Assembly (NCBI GenBank): GCA_964019335.1
Contig: OZ025699.1
Location: 1-64,000 of the forward strand
Length of the DNA stretch: 64,000 nucleotides
DNA from: Diplonema japonicum
Lineage: Eukaryota; Protista; Euglenozoa: Diplonemea
Direction: 5' to 3'
Below are positions 49,201-59,672 of the stretch, in pieces. The notes beneath the pieces are model-generated. The model did not search any database and had not been told where the DNA came from. It saw only the letters and a program-made list of their open reading frames with translations. The first letter of the stretch is position 1. The number at the start of each line of letters is the position of its first letter. Made by a program: the position numbers and the translations under genes.

Positions 49201-50471
49201 TTTGTCTGTGTCCATCACGGTGTACCACGACCTGCCGGTTTTGATGGCTGTAGTCCAGTGGCCCGTCCTGGAGCCTTTCGGCGGGCCGATTACCAGAACT
49301 GGGTACCGTCCGCTCTTGACCACGCTCTGCAGCGAGGCCTCTTCGCCAAGGATCTTTTGGCAGGCAAGGGACAGGGTATCTTGGGAGAAGTCGCCTTTCT
49401 CGTTCGGCTGGTACTCCTTCGCATGCCCCTCAGTGTGCAGGGCGAGCTCCGAGGTACAGAGGTGGTGTTGGATTGTCTGCATCTCTGCGAACGGCATGCG
49501 TGCCAGCTCTGCGTAGTCTGCGATCCAGTTCACACGGCCCAACCACACTCGAGGCCTACGCGTCCTTCGCCACTTTCCTGGTGTAGCGACGTGGGGTATT
49601 CCGATGTAGGTGTCTCCATTGGTGTCGTTTCCGTTGAGGGCGGCTGTTGTGGAGGTGGTTCCTTTTGCGAGCTCGTGTCAGCGGTGGAGGTGGACTCTTG
49701 TGTTGTCTGCGTCGGTTCGGAGGGGAGGGCTGTGCTCTTTCGGGGGTCCTTACGTCCCACATACGCGAGATCCGGGTAGCATTCGTCAAGTTCGCGGCCT
49801 GCTCTGTAGTTCTTCCCTGCTTCGGTAAAGAAACTTTGGAGCTCCCCTTTCTCCCAGCCGTAGTTCTTGTTGACGCGCTCACAAAGGAACTCGTGGAATG
49901 CTCGGTTCAGGAGTTTGTGCTCGTGACCTCGATCGCGCAAACTGAAGTATGTCTTTGCAATTTGCCTCTTGAAGTCCGGTGAGCTGTTGGTGAGGCAAAG
50001 CGCTTGCTGCATCATGCCCTTCAGGATACCTGGGCCCTGTGTTGAGGGAGCTGCTGTGTGCCCGTGTGTGAAACGCGTGGGCTTGAACTTCCAGTTCGCA
50101 GCCTTGTCATAGACTGACAAGCGTACCCAGTTGTTTTTCGGCGTTTCGTGCCGTTCGGTCCTGATCCGCATGCCGATGAACGGAACGTCGTCGTCGTTGT
50201 CCGACGTCTTGGCGTAGGACATCCCGTACAGCTCTTCGGGTGGGGGGGTCGTGTCCCAAACCAAAAAGTCGTCGATGTAGCGGGCGGCTGAACATAACTC
50301 CTTGAGACGGCCCCAGTCCTTGTTCTCGATCAAGCCGTCGATGTAGTTGGCTTCGACGGAATAGCAGTATAGGTTCGCTATATCCGGAGACGCGTTGCCG
50401 CCCATCGGTATGCCCCGCACCTGGCGCAGTGTCCCCCTCCATCCAGCGCACATCCAGGGTTGCGCACCCAC
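46246..50471 (-). mobile_element. 5'-truncated Penelope-like retroelement: RT C-half, Josephin-like domain, Pro/Thr-rich repeats and C-terminal region (frameshifted)
   Basis: RT motifs RQVRGIPMGGNASPDIANLY, RYIDDF, PFIGMRI and VYDK are typical of PLE RTs. Consecutive overlapping ORFs 49530-50471, 47866-49548, 47088-47729 and 46246-47463. 3' boundary uncertain. Confidence 0.8.
47740..48970 (-). repeat. Degenerate 18-nt coding repeat (xDPVPA/T) with higher-order ~216-bp duplication
   Basis: GACCGGGTC recurs throughout. The block GGTTTCGGGGATCGCGTCTGTGATGTGGGTCG occurs at ~48304 and ~48526. Confidence 0.8.
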
Positions 50472-51541
50472 GGAAGCGGCTGTGTCCTGACGCTGTTTAC
50501 GTCCCGCTTCTCCACCACCGCGGCCAAGTATCGCTGCAGCTTTTCCAGGCGCGCAAAGACATGTCCTCTCGGCAGAAGTGCGTGCAGCTCAAGACACAGT
50601 CGTCCGAGACACGGTCTGTGTACCTACCAGAAGAACGAGGACGCCTGCTCATGAGGAGGACATGGCAAGAAGTGGCTTGTCTACACCGCCGGACTGTGGT
50701 AGGTGAGGAAGACCTCGCTGGAACAGGTCTTCTTTTTGGTGGTGATATGTGTGTTGTGTGGGAGGCGGATAGCACCTTCTTTTTCAAGTCCGCGAGGCCG
50801 AGAAAGAGAAGCTGCTGCACTGAGGTCACGACACTCAGTCAGTGCGATGCATCCTTCCATGCCCAAGGGAGGTGGGTCTTCTGCGGTAGTGTAATGATGT
50901 GCAACACAACGCTACTTAACCAGACACAGTCCAACATGGCTCAACCGCACTTCTTCGGTGGGTTCAAGTCGCAAAATAAAAGCTTGGACCCTTAGCTCCG
51001 TCGGATAATAGGGATGCTGCATTGAGTGGTTTTCATGATTCCACCCACCCCACCCCACCCCACCCCACCCCAGCCTGTCAGTTTGTTGTTATATTTTAAT
51101 ACGAATGCAGAAAATAGAGACAAAAGAAAGGTGGTTGGGAAGGAGAACACTTTTTTCTTTTATTGGGGTGGGGGGAGTCAAGCTAAAAAACACTGCAAAT
51201 CTCATTCATGCATACCTCTTTGCAAAAAAAAAAAAAAAAAAGAGGGGGGCAGAAAAAGCAGAAGAAATATTGCATACGAAAACAGAGTAAGTAAGGTAAA
51301 AATAAACAAAGAAAAGTAAGACGAAGGGAGCCAATTTCTAGACCAAACGTCAGAGGGAAGAAAACCACAAAAAAGTACTGGTGCCATGCCTAACAGATCC
51401 ATCCGAGAAGGAAAAGAAACACACTCAATCATTTTCCATCGCAAGAGGGGAGGGGGAGCTAAAGGAGTTGAAAAAACCTTTTTTTCTTTCATTTATCTAC
51501 TTTTGTCAGCAGCCCTAATCGACTCTGCTACGTCAGCAGTG

Positions 51542-53857
51542 CTACTGCCTTAACTTCTCAAGCTCCTCGGGGAGACACAAGCTGTTGTTGGCTTTGACTG
51601 CCTTAAGGGAGGTGCACCCAGATAAGAACCTATAGCCAATGTTGGTGATCTTGGAAAGCGGTGTGAGATCGATCGCCACAAGGGAGCTGCACCATGACAA
51701 GAACTTATCGCCGATGCTGGTGATCTTGGAAAGTGGTGTGAGATCGATCGCCACAAGGGACTTGCACCCAGACAAGAACCCATTGCCGATGCTGGTGATC
51801 TTGGAAAGCGGTGAGAGATCGATCGCCACAAGGGAGCTGCACCCAAACAAGAACGAATCGCCGATGCTGGTGACTTGGGAAAGCGGTGTGAAATCGATCG
51901 CCTCAAGGGAGCTGCACACATACAAGAACCCATCGCCGATGCTGGTGATCTTGGAAAGCGGTGTCAGATCGATCGCCACAAGGGAGCTGCACTGAGACAA
52001 GAACGAATCGCCGATGCTGGTGACCTGGGAAAGCGGTGTGAGGTCGATCGTTTCAAGGGAGCTGCACTGAGACAAGAACCAATGGCCGATGCTGGTGATC
52101 TTGGAAAGCGGTGGGAGATCGATCGCCACAAGGGAGCTGCACCCACACAAGAACCCATGGCCGATGCTGGTGATCTTGGAAAGCGGTGTGAGATCGATCG
52201 CCACAAGGGAGCTGCACTCATCCAAGAACCCATAGCCGATGCTGATGTTGGAAAGGGTGACGGACCCTGCACAAACAGGTGGGTCGAGAGAGACACGGAG
52301 TGACCTCAGCCGAGGTGTTATGTCATCTTGCTTTTCTAGGAACCTATCAGCGATGTCGCCCTGCACACCCTTCAGAACCACATGTTCAAAGCTTAAGACA
52401 ATGGGAACGTACCTCTTCTCCACATCAACTACGGAAGCCCCTGTGAAGTCAATCACCAAGAAGGGTGGGTGTTCCTTCAGCTTTTCAAGCAACTCAAGCT
52501 CGTTGTGCTTCACCATCACCACCTGCATCTTTCCCATTATTCCCGAGAACCCCTCCATGCCTTCTTCCCACTCCACAACGAGGCCCTTCCTCTTCACTTC
52601 TTCCTCTGAAGTGAGCTGGTTTGCATCCTTCAAGGCCGCAACGGGATGCTGCTGATGTTGGTTCGGATCGTGGTGGTGGTGCATGCTGTTCTTGTTCTTG
52701 TTGCTGTTGTCGTTGTCGTTGTGGGTGTGCTCAGGGAAGACCCTCACCCGTCCCTTGTCTTGGAAGACAGTCGTGCTGTCGGCATCCACGAACAGATCGA
52801 AGTCGCTTCTGAAGACCTCCACCCTGCGAACCCGTCCCAGCCCGTCCTCTGCGAAGGCCTTCTCAGCCGCAACCCGAACATCCTCCACACCCGACCCCAC
52901 AGCCACACGGAGCAGCCTCTTCCTCTCCTCACCGAGGAGGTGAGCAATCGCCACAAGATCCATGAGCTGCAAAGACATGTTGGAGGGACAAGGAGAAGGA
53001 GAAGGAGAAGAAGGAGAAGAAGAAGGACTGCTTGGGGGGGTGCCGTCGAGAATCTCCAGAACACGAGTGCTGCTGGGCCTGTCCACAGGGTCGGGAAGGA
53101 GGAGGGCGCAGACCACGGTGCAGAGCTGCTTGTCGGACAGGTGCTTCTCGAGGAGGACGACTGCTTCGCGGTGTGCCTTCTCCCGCTGCTCAGGGTGGGG
53201 ATTGCAGAGACTCCTGACCGTCACCTCCACAATGCCCTGTCCAAACATGCAGAGACAGGCCGTCACCCCCAAAGCCCACATGTCCGCCTTGAAGGAGTAG
53301 TGGCCCTCCCCGAAGAACTCGGGTGCCATGAAGAGAGGTGTCCCTGCCAGTGTTGTGACCTTCTCCTCCCCGGTCACGACCTTCCGCCCGAGCCCAAGGT
53401 CTCCCAGTGCGAACACCTTCTCGCTGCCGCCACCATCTCCGACGAGCACGTTGGCGGGCTTCACGTCACGGTGGATCACCTGCTTCCTCTCGTGCAGGTA
53501 CGACAGCCCCCTGCACACCTCCCGAAGCATCTGAAGTACTACTTTCTCCCCAACCTTTCCCTTCTTCACGAGCTGCTCCAGAGTCCCCTCGTAGAGGGTC
53601 ATCACGATGCACACCGTCGTCGCCCCGTCCCCAGCAAGGAACACCTCGTGGGCCTTCACGATGTGCGGGTGCTCCACCTTGATCAGCAGGAACGCCTCCG
53701 CGAGACCCTCGTTCGCCTTGTCAGTAGTCCCACACCTCAGAAGCTTCACCGCGAACACCTTCCCATCCTTCACCGCCCTCCACACCTCCCCGAATGAACC
53801 CTTCCCGAGCTTCTCCTCCAAGCGGTACCCTTTCAGCATCTCCCCTCTTTGCCACAT
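51542..53857 (-). CDS. Ser/Thr protein kinase with C-terminal BspA-like leucine-rich repeats
   Basis: GKGSFG, AVK, HRDVKPAN, DLG, GTPLFMAPE and DMWALG kinase motifs. Nine 25-aa units SLVAIDLTPLSKITSIGxxFLxxCS. First ATG at 53857. Confidence 0.9.
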   Translation of the reverse strand: MWQRGEMLKGYRLEEKLGKGSFGEVWRAVKDGKVFAVKLLRCGTTDKANEGLAEAFLLIKVEHPHIVKAHEVFLAGDGATTVCIVMTLYEGTLEQLVKKGKVGEKVVLQMLREVCRGLSYLHERKQVIHRDVKPANVLVGDGGGSEKVFALGDLGLGRKVVTGEEKVTTLAGTPLFMAPEFFGEGHYSFKADMWALGVTACLCMFGQGIVEVTVRSLCNPHPEQREKAHREAVVLLEKHLSDKQLCTVVCALLLPDPVDRPSSTRVLEILDGTPPSSPSSSPSSPSPSPCPSNMSLQLMDLVAIAHLLGEERKRLLRVAVGSGVEDVRVAAEKAFAEDGLGRVRRVEVFRSDFDLFVDADSTTVFQDKGRVRVFPEHTHNDNDNSNKNKNSMHHHHDPNQHQQHPVAALKDANQLTSEEEVKRKGLVVEWEEGMEGFSGIMGKMQVVMVKHNELELLEKLKEHPPFLVIDFTGASVVDVEKRYVPIVLSFEHVVLKGVQGDIADRFLEKQDDITPRLRSLRVSLDPPVCAGSVTLSNISIGYGFLDECSSLVAIDLTPLSKITSIGHGFLCGCSSLVAIDLPPLSKITSIGHWFLSQCSSLETIDLTPLSQVTSIGDSFLSQCSSLVAIDLTPLSKITSIGDGFLYVCSSLEAIDFTPLSQVTSIGDSFLFGCSSLVAIDLSPLSKITSIGNGFLSGCKSLVAIDLTPLSKITSIGDKFLSWCSSLVAIDLTPLSKITNIGYRFLSGCTSLKAVKANNSLCLPEELEKLRQ
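51600..52250 (-). repeat. 75-bp tandem repeat encoding the LRRs
   Basis: GATCGATCG/GGTCGATCG recurs with 75-bp period (e.g. 51661 and 51736). Confidence 0.9.
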
Positions 53858-53966
53858 TCTATTTTGTTTCTCCTCCCCCTTCCCGTTCACTGTGGTGTGG
53901 TCAAGGTAACTTGAGAAATGAGACAAAACTCAAAAGTAAAAAAGGACAACCTCACTCAAAGAAAAA

Positions 53967-54335
53967 GTGTCATTGAAGGGAACCCGCAGTATGTGACAGG
54001 ATCGCCTAACGACAATCAACTCATCTAGTGTTTGATCCCTTCTGTCGTGGTAGTGCCTTAGGCCCGTCGTGGTATCTAGTCAGCAGCTTGGGCATGAAAC
54101 CTACAAGCGAGTTGTTGGGATGCAATGTGCTCGCAGTTGCTGCTCTAGGATAGGGTGGGTGACCTTCGGGAACGCGAAGACCGGACCAGTGGAGAGTGAC
54201 GGAATGGCTGTGGAGCCCTAGGGTGCGCAGTGGGTGTACTGACTTCATAGTATCTGCCGGAGTCTGGTGACGCTTTGGTATAAGAGAAGCGGGCTGTGTC
54301 GAAGGGGCAGGGCTGAAGGGGGGCGTTGCAGGGGA
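53967..54335 (-). mobile_element. Short retroposon-like element, same family as 17471-17906
   Basis: Shares GTGTCATTGAAGGGAACC..CAGTATGTGACAGGATCGCCTAACGACAATCAAC and TGGCTGTGGAGCCCTAGGGTGCG. Right boundary approximate. Confidence 0.65.
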
Positions 54336-54648
54336 CACTTTATTTCACGCCCACAGTCATTTTCTAGCAAAAATGGGAAGAAAACCGAAGGCGAGGGAAG
54401 CGAGCCAAGGGCATCAGCCTCGAGAAAGAGGCCAAAGCTGTGATGGAAGACATGCTTCCAACGGCAAGCAAAATGGCTACAGGAAGGAGTGGGAGAAGTT
54501 TTTCACCTACCATTCGATCAAACCCAATAGAAAAGCACGGCCAACTGTTGAACAAACAGCAGCAACCTGATTTTCACGCCCAGCAACGTTTGGCTTTAAA
54601 ACATGAAAGGAAGAAATCAGATACTTGACCTGGGCGTGAAATAAAGTG
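54336..54648. mobile_element. MITE with perfect 18-bp TIRs (CAC...GTG termini)
   Basis: CACTTTATTTCACGCCCA (54336-54353) / TGGGCGTGAAATAAAGTG (54631-54648). No clear TSD. Confidence 0.75.
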
Positions 54649-56181
54649 AAACCTGATTTATATCTTCTAGCCTAAATTCTTTAAGAGAGCTGCTCAGAAT
54701 TAAATAAAATATATTTCTCATATTTCTAAAAGAAAATGAGGTTTCTGCCCTCGTAGCTCGATTATTTTCCATCGCAAGAGGGGAGGGGGGAAGGGGTTGG
54801 AAAATCCTTTTCTGGGGGTGGCACAAGCAGATTTAGGGGGCACGAGCAGATGGCGTAAAACTAAATGAAATGAAAGAAACGAGAACAGCACTGAAAACCG
54901 AAGTAAGAAAAACGAGAAGAATTTGTTTGTTCAAACATGACGGCACCTGAAGTGATACTGCAGGGGAAGAATAAGAACGGGACAGCATGTCTGCATTTGT
55001 CCTATCGGCGTGTCGTGGACGTGTCTCGTTTGCACGCGATTGCCCCTGGTGATGAGGAGGCACCAACCGATTGTGTATCAAGGCATTCTTCCAAAAGACT
55101 AAAGGAAATTCACATCACTACTATGGGCCTGGGGTAGGGGGGGGGACAAGCAGAGTATGTAAAAATATGTGAGTTAAAGGAAGTCTTTGTGAGACGCCCC
55201 CTTGTTCTCATCCTCTACCTGCACCTATCCCCCTTCAGCAGCGGTTTCTCCTTCTTTGGTGGTCGTGCCGGCCTCCTCCCCAGCTTGGCTTCTTTTTCCC
55301 TTCTTTCCTTTGCCCATTGCTTCCCCAGCTCCTCCAGGTCGTACTTGGTCTTCGTTGATGCAAAGATTGCTCTTCTACTCCACCCGATCACCGCCTTCGT
55401 CCCTCCGATTGATCGCAGCGTATGTACTCTCTTGCATGGTTCAGCAGGTAAAAATAGATGAATGAGAGAAACGAGAACGGGACAGAACACCGAAGTAAGA
55501 GAACGAGAAAGAAGAATATCCAGGCTTTTAAACCAAAAAGGTATTAATAATGCCAGTGCCAGGGGGACGGCGGAAAAAGCCGAAGCAAGAACGCGGAACA
55601 AGAACAAGGGAGGGAAAGGGAAAAGGGGGGCTTATCTCTCTTTGTTTGTGCGCACGAGCGGAATTTTACCTAATAAAATAGCTCATTACGCTGCCATCAA
55701 CTCGACAATAATATTGTTAAAACAAAAAAGAACCGTGAATCACCCTTATCTTTTGATGTCAAACTTGGTCAAAGAAAAATGGAAAAACATGAGGCCGTTG
55801 CTAAAGGACCTCACACCTTCGGGAGTAAAAATGCAGAAACGAGCACTCGCTTTTCTTTCTTCTGGAAGTATAAGTCAAGCTAATACTGCAAGAATCTGAA
55901 GAAATGTAGAGTAGTCTCACAAAGTGCGAAAACGATTGAATTCGAATAACGCGTACGTACGGCAGTACGCCGACAACGTGGCCCTGGGAGGGGGGAAGGG
56001 GGGGACAAGCAGATGGTGTAAAACCTTAAATGAAATGAGAGAAACGAGAGCGGCACTGAAAACCGAAGTAAGAGAACGAGAAATATTTAGACGTTTAAGC
56101 CCCAAAAAGGAATTAAAGTGTAAAGGGTATTAAGATAAGAAACGCCTGCAACGAGACTACGGAAGGCCGACAACGTAGCCC

Positions 56182-56452
56182 AAGGCATAGTGGTGGTGCG
56201 AATCGGGTTTTCCGCATCATATTATCGCAAGATGATCCTTTAGCTTTGGAAGAAGGCTGAAGGGTTATGCGCCCTGGCGGGCGTGCGACCCCGTGTACTT
56301 CTTGATGGGATAAAAATATCATCCTCACCCTGCGAATCGGTCTTCATCGCCTGTTCCTTCTCCTTCCTCTTCACCGCATTCTTGTGTGTAAGTGTGTGTG
56401 GGTTTGCGAAGTTATGATACGAAATATCCAATTCGCATCACTACTATGCCTT
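56182..56452. mobile_element. MITE with ~49-bp imperfect TIRs
   Basis: AAGGCATAGTGGTGGTGCGAATCGG... versus ...CCAATTCGCATCACTACTATGCCTT. It interrupts the recurrent GACAACGTGGCCCTG-G-run spacer motif. Confidence 0.6.
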
Positions 56453-56752
56453 ATGGGGGGGGGGGGGGGTAAAAGTAAATGAAATGAGAGAAACGAGAGC
56501 GGTACTGAAAACCGAAGTAAGAGAACGAGAAACAAGAATATCCAGGCTTTTAAACCGAAAGGTATCTATAAGTATAATATAATGCCTGCAAAGGAGGACG
56601 GCGGAAAAAGCCGAAGCAAGAGAACGAGAAAGAAGAGAAAAAAAAGGGAGGGAAAGGGGGGGTGGGATCCCGTTTAAACAGGAAACAGTGACGCCCCCTT
56701 ACTTTTGATGTCAAAAACATGGCTAAGACAGTGGCAATGAGCAACATTACAC

Positions 56753-56917
56753 TACTTTCTTTTTTTTAATTCCACTTCTTTTTTTTGACTTGTTAAGGCC
56801 GCACCCATTGGGTGGATTAAAAGTAGACGCTCACCCAGTTGCCCGAGTACTTATAACCATACAGGTGTTCTTATTCCACAAGCTTTGCGGAACGAAACAA
56901 TGTAAGAGTCACGCCAC
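56753..56917 (-). mobile_element. 165-bp insertion with exact 25-bp TSD in the 3' end of four-TM copy 5
   Basis: ACAGTGGCAATGAGCAACATTACAC at 56728-56752 and 56918-56942. The T-rich left end matches repeats near 43185-43228 and 62125-62170. Confidence 0.75.
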
Positions 56918-57834
56918 ACAGTGGCAATGAGCAACATTACACCAGTAACAATGAACCAAGCAATGCAAATGTTACGCCACTGGTCATCCTTGTACCCCGT
57001 GATCTTGTCCACGTACTGTTGGGTCTGAAACCTGCTCTGAGAGTTGAACTCCATCATGTGATGGAAGCGAGAGGGCCCGGAGTAGGGAATCTTATCCCGC
57101 TGCTCAGATTCCAAGTACTCCGACTGAGCCAGCTTCCTGATGATGGTGAACGCCGCATTCTGCCCGTACCCACACTCCTGCACAGTAGGGCTCTTTGCAA
57201 TGCACCCAGCATAAACAGGAGGGTCGAACTTGCACCCTTTCACGCTTCCAGTGTACACAATCGGGGCGGAAACCCATGACCAGCCGTACTCCGACTTCAC
57301 TGACTTCCTGCCCCAGTCAAGGCCCCACTCCTCATCGACTAAAGTGTAGTATGTGATGTTCGTTTTGATGGTCAAAGCGGAGGGGTTGGGTGCGATGTGG
57401 CAGCCGATAAGGGCCTCCCCGCCTGACGCCAGAGACCTCTCAGCCAGCTCCAGCTGCCTCCATGACAAGTTCGGTTCCAAGAACCCGATTGTTGCCATTG
57501 TGACATAGAATGCGAGGGCACAGCCACAGCTGAAGAACAGAGCCACATTATGGTCGTTTCGTGCAATGTTCAGTGCAATGCTCGGCAGCAGGCACACCAT
57601 ACCCCACATAATACCCCCCAGCCAGTTGTAAAGCTGGACTGTAGCGTTGTAGGCCCCGTCCATTTCGACTGCATCCAAAGGTGCCTGTGCAAGGTGTCTG
57701 TTCATCTGAGCATCAGTTTGCTTCAAAAATGCCCGGCGTCCGATCACCTCCTCCAGGTGCACGTTCAGCATCATTATACACGTCCACCAGACCCACACCA
57801 AGATCAACACTCCGAAAGCAGCACAGGGCTTCAT
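56851..57834 (-). CDS. Four-TM family protein, copy 5 (C-terminus supplied by the insertion)
   Basis: MKPCAAFG start at 57834. After LLIATV the frame reads into the insertion (WRDSYIV...). Confidence 0.8.
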   Translation of the reverse strand: MKPCAAFGVLILVWVWWTCIMMLNVHLEEVIGRRAFLKQTDAQMNRHLAQAPLDAVEMDGAYNATVQLYNWLGGIMWGMVCLLPSIALNIARNDHNVALFFSCGCALAFYVTMATIGFLEPNLSWRQLELAERSLASGGEALIGCHIAPNPSALTIKTNITYYTLVDEEWGLDWGRKSVKSEYGWSWVSAPIVYTGSVKGCKFDPPVYAGCIAKSPTVQECGYGQNAAFTIIRKLAQSEYLESEQRDKIPYSGPSRFHHMMEFNSQSRFQTQQYVDKITGYKDDQWRNICIAWFIVTGVMLLIATVWRDSYIVSFRKACGIRTPVWL

Positions 57835-58107
57835 CTTCCTTGTTTCTCTTTTCTTTTTCTTTTTTGTCTTGTCTGCTGTGTTTCTTTTTCTTTTTCTTTG
57901 ATGCGGTAGAAGAATGAACTTTGGTTTCTTCATAAACCACCCTGCCCTGTTTATGATTCTTCTGAAAGTGAAGATGGACACTAAATCCCTCCCTCACCTT
58001 GTTTGTACTTGTATTGTAACCCCTTGGAATACTTGCATGTTTCCCTCATGTTTATAAGAGCTGCACAGGGAATAAGGCCCTCCCGGACCGGATTCTTCGT
58101 GGCAGTA

Positions 58108-58171
58108 CTTGGCATCTCTCAGTTTCGGACCCATCTTGCAACTCCTCCAGGTGCTGTCCTCATCAGGCAAG
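58108..58171 (-). ncRNA. Hammerhead ribozyme-like motif (type I layout), copy A
   Basis: Minus strand CUUGC-CUGAUGA-GGAC-(25 nt)-GUCC-GAAA-CUGAGAGAUG-CCAAG. Stem II covaries with copy B. Confidence 0.6.
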
Positions 58172-58423
58172 AGGCACTCAAGGGCTCCTACTAGCGTGGT
58201 AAAATGAAAACGGTTAGAAGGAAAGGGGCAGGGAAGGAAGGGAAGAAACAAACAAAGAAAACTGGCGCACACACTCAATCATTTCCATCGCAAGAGGGGG
58301 GGTAAATAAAATATAACCAAATAAAATTTAAAAAAAAACAAAAAAAATAAAATAAAAAAGACGTTCAAGGTGACTTATGGTACCTATAGAAAAAAAAGGA
58401 GAAAAAAAATCGACCTTGCTACG

Positions 58424-58850
58424 TTATTGCCTTAACCTCCTTAGCTTCCCGTGGAGAGACAAGCTGTTGTTGGCTTTGACTGCCTTAAGGGAAGTGCACC
58501 CAGACAAAAACCAATTCACATCGCCGATGAACCCATGGCCGATGAACCCACGGCCGTTGCTGGTGATCTTGTGAGATCGATCGCCACAAGGGAGGTTCAC
58601 CCAGACAAGAACCCAACGCCGATGCTAGTGATCTTGGAAAGCGGTGTCAGATCGATCGCCACAAGGGAGCTGCACCATGACAAGAACCCATCGCCGATGC
58701 TGGTGATCGTGGAAAGCGGTGTGAGATCGATCGCCTCAAGGGACCTGCACCCATTCAAGAACCAATCGCCGATGCTGGTGATCCTGGAAAGCGGTGCCAG
58801 ATCGATCACCTTGAGGGAGGTGCACGCATACAAGAACCTGTTGCCAGACG
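58424..58850 (-). pseudogene. LRR pseudogene fragment paralogous to the 3' end of the kinase-LRR gene
   Basis: Same 75-bp repeats and the same C-terminal end and flank, with an internal TGA at 58597 and deletions. Confidence 0.8.
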
Positions 58851-59672
58851 GAAAAATGAGGGACGCGACAGAAGCGGTCGCCAGCATGTAAGCAGAGGTG
58901 GTGCAGATTTAGATGTCGTACCTCTTGAGGATGTCAGTCACTGGTATTCTATTCTATTCGACTTTCTGTTTTCGTATGCAGTATTTATCTTTCTTCACCT
59001 GTGTTTCGTTTTCGCCTTTGCGCAATATCATCTCATGCCATCAGGAAATGCAGGGCGGAGGGTCCTTGAGGGACCTTGAAACAGGGGCCTCGTTGAGACA
59101 GCTGCAACCGTGTGAGGTGGATCCCCACCGTGTTCAAGCAGGTCTTCACCATCGGGGCGTTGGCGGCATGTGCACCGAACCCTCCGACCCCTACTAGCTC
59201 ATGTCAACAGCTTCCTGCAGTGGAACACATCATCCCCCCCTGTCCCCTTGTGCCCACCTCTCTCCCCTTCGTCTGTTGAGAGAGGCGACCAGATGTGCTT
59301 TTTGTTCCTTGAGTGACGCTTCATGTAAACAAGACCTGTGCCCCGTGGGGGTTCCTCGTCCACAGGTTTGGCGGGGGTGGCTATTTTACTGTTTTTTTTT
59401 TTTATATCTATACATGCTTCCTTTTTTTTCTTCTAAAACAACCTTCTTTCTATTACAACTTTCTTTATTTATTTACAATCTTTATCTAGTTGCCGATCCG
59501 CTCTTAGGCCGTTGTTCCCGATCCTTACCTACTTGTGCCCGAGTTCACCCGTTGCTTGTAAGAACCTTATTGTGTCTTTTGGGTTCTTCACGAGTGCTTC
59601 TTCTAGGTCTTTGACATCTAGTGCGTTCTTTCTTTGTTTGGTTGTTGCTGGGCATTCCAGCAATAAATAAAT

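Noticed and set aside
47539-49516. Plus-strand Gly/Thr-rich and Cys/Asp/Arg-rich ORFs
   Set aside because: Antisense shadows of the repeat inside the retroelement ORF.
50475-50950. Upstream continuation of the RT
   Set aside because: No N-terminal RT motifs found in the frames examined. It looks like unrelated degraded coding sequence, so the element is treated as 5'-truncated.
49530-58850. Diversity-generating retroelement (RT near variable LRRs with codon position 1-2 variation)
   Set aside because: The RT is Penelope-like, truncated and frameshifted. Many adenines in the LRR framework are invariant, and no A-rich template repeat is visible.
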